NCBI GenBank assembly: GCA_051047955.1 | Contig: JBPGPT010000013.1 | Coordinates: forward strand, 248,001 to 312,000 | Reading direction: 5' to 3' | Source: Cystobasidiomycetes sp. EMM_F5 | Lineage: Eukaryota | Length of the DNA: 64,000 nt | Shown: positions 62,925 to 64,000 of the stretch, one piece after another | Position numbering within the stretch: the first letter of the stretch is position 1 | Layout: each line of letters begins with the position of its first letter | Program-made: the position numbers and the translations under genes | Notes under the pieces: generated by a model | What the model was told of the DNA's origin: nothing | The model's input: only the letters and a program-made list of their open reading frames with translations | Databases searched by the model: none

Positions 62925-64000
62925 TCAGGCGAGGAGCAGCTGGTCCAGCGTCGAATTCATAAAATGCTCCAGATCTTCTTGTTCATCGTGTGCATGCTCG
63001 AGATGTGCAAGTTCGAGTCGATCGACCAACCCATCGCCCTCCAGCAAGGCGCACGAGCTTGTCGTCATGATGGACATTGTGCGGTCGATACGCACAATGA
63101 TACTTTGCGTCGCGGAATGACCAGGCTGCATCAATGGAGCCTTGGCAGGCGAGAAAGGCTCGCGCAGAGTTACTACCACGGTATCGTCCGCAGCTTCCCC
63201 GCTTTCGACAGTGGAAGCGAGAGACGGACTGCGAAAGCTGGGACTGTAGCTGTTTGGCTTGTTGTCGGCAATAGCACCGTCACCAACAATCATGGGCGAG
63301 GCACAATTGCTCGATACAAGTACGGGCGAGAAAGACTGGCTGCGTGGGAAAGGGCTGACCGCGACTAGAGGACATCGTTTCGCTGCAGTGTGACCGCTTA
63401 GCATCAATGGGCGATTCGTGCTGCTTGCATAGTGACTGAGAGAAATCAATGGCGGGCTGCTTGAAGAAGCATAAAGTCCGTTTGTCCCATCTAGGCCGAA
63501 GTGTAAGGGCGATTCATCCTTTCTCGTCCGACCACGCTCGCAAGAGTTGGAAAGCGATGTAGCCTCAGCAGACACACCCTTTGCGGAAGTTTCCGACACA
63601 AAGGGGTTGCGAAAAACGACGGAAGTGGAGTCGGCGATGGAGGATGCGGCTGACGAAAGGACCGGCGATCTCGTTGGCCATCGAGCAAAAGATGGGAAAG
63701 TACTGGTTGTATGAGTCTTATCGGAGTTATTTAGTAAAGGGATTCTCTCGGCTTTGGAGTCTTCGACGGCGGCTGCTTGTCCGCTGTGATTTGAAGGGTG
63801 TCCGCTGTCGGTACTGACAGATCTGACCATCTTCTTCTTTGGAGAGTCCCGCGTACTCTGCGAGGTGGTTCAGCCGACCATCCAATCCATCATCAATTGC
63901 GAAGCTTACCATTTTGCGCTTGTGAAGCATTCGAACCTTGTCCCAGAGGCTTGACCTACGGCGATCCGTGATGTCCGCTTGCGACTGCGGCACCGGTCTG
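62925..64000 (-). CDS. Hypothetical Ser-rich protein, 5' part outside the window
   Basis: ORF 62925-63830 joins in frame to upstream ...LWDKVRMLHKRKM through a gtaagc...ctgaac...cgcag intron; no recognisable domain. Confidence 0.6.

Noticed and set aside
1..64000. tRNA, rRNA, CRISPR array or TPP riboswitch
   Set aside because: No T-loop/cloverleaf, rRNA-like tract, repeat-spacer array or riboswitch core recognised by eye; covariance-model searches were not run.

Overview
Gene-dense, intron-rich eukaryotic DNA, most consistent with a basidiomycete yeast-like fungus (short ~50-75 nt introns with GTRAGY/CTRAC/YAG signals, a CAP59 orthologue; the taxon is inferred). About 26 protein-coding genes were rebuilt by eye by splicing the ORF fragments. 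Housekeeping genes: PXA-RGS-PX nexin, PABPN1/Pab2, Ataxin-2/Pbp1, Ada3, mitochondrial ferredoxin, Fcf1, Gcv2, His2, TatD, Dsc3, a probable Rif1, Mss51 and a Ctr copper transporter. Cell-surface glycan genes lie within ~22 kb: GT64, CAP59/GT69, two secreted DUF1996-WSC paralogues and a CAP10-family GT90. Between CAP59 and the DUF1996-WSC pair is a ~1.5 kb tandem duplication. Each copy holds an orphan two-intron gene; the proteins have diverged strongly while the non-coding flanks still align, and the helical core loosely resembles a CARD/death fold (speculative). Other oddities: a P450 lacking the I-helix Thr, a tandem cold-shock-like protein, a degenerate CCCH-Smr protein, and convergent GCV2/HIS2 stops 8 nt apart. 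No tRNA, rRNA, CRISPR array or transposase was recognised. Exon boundaries are manual and unverified, and no database searches were run.
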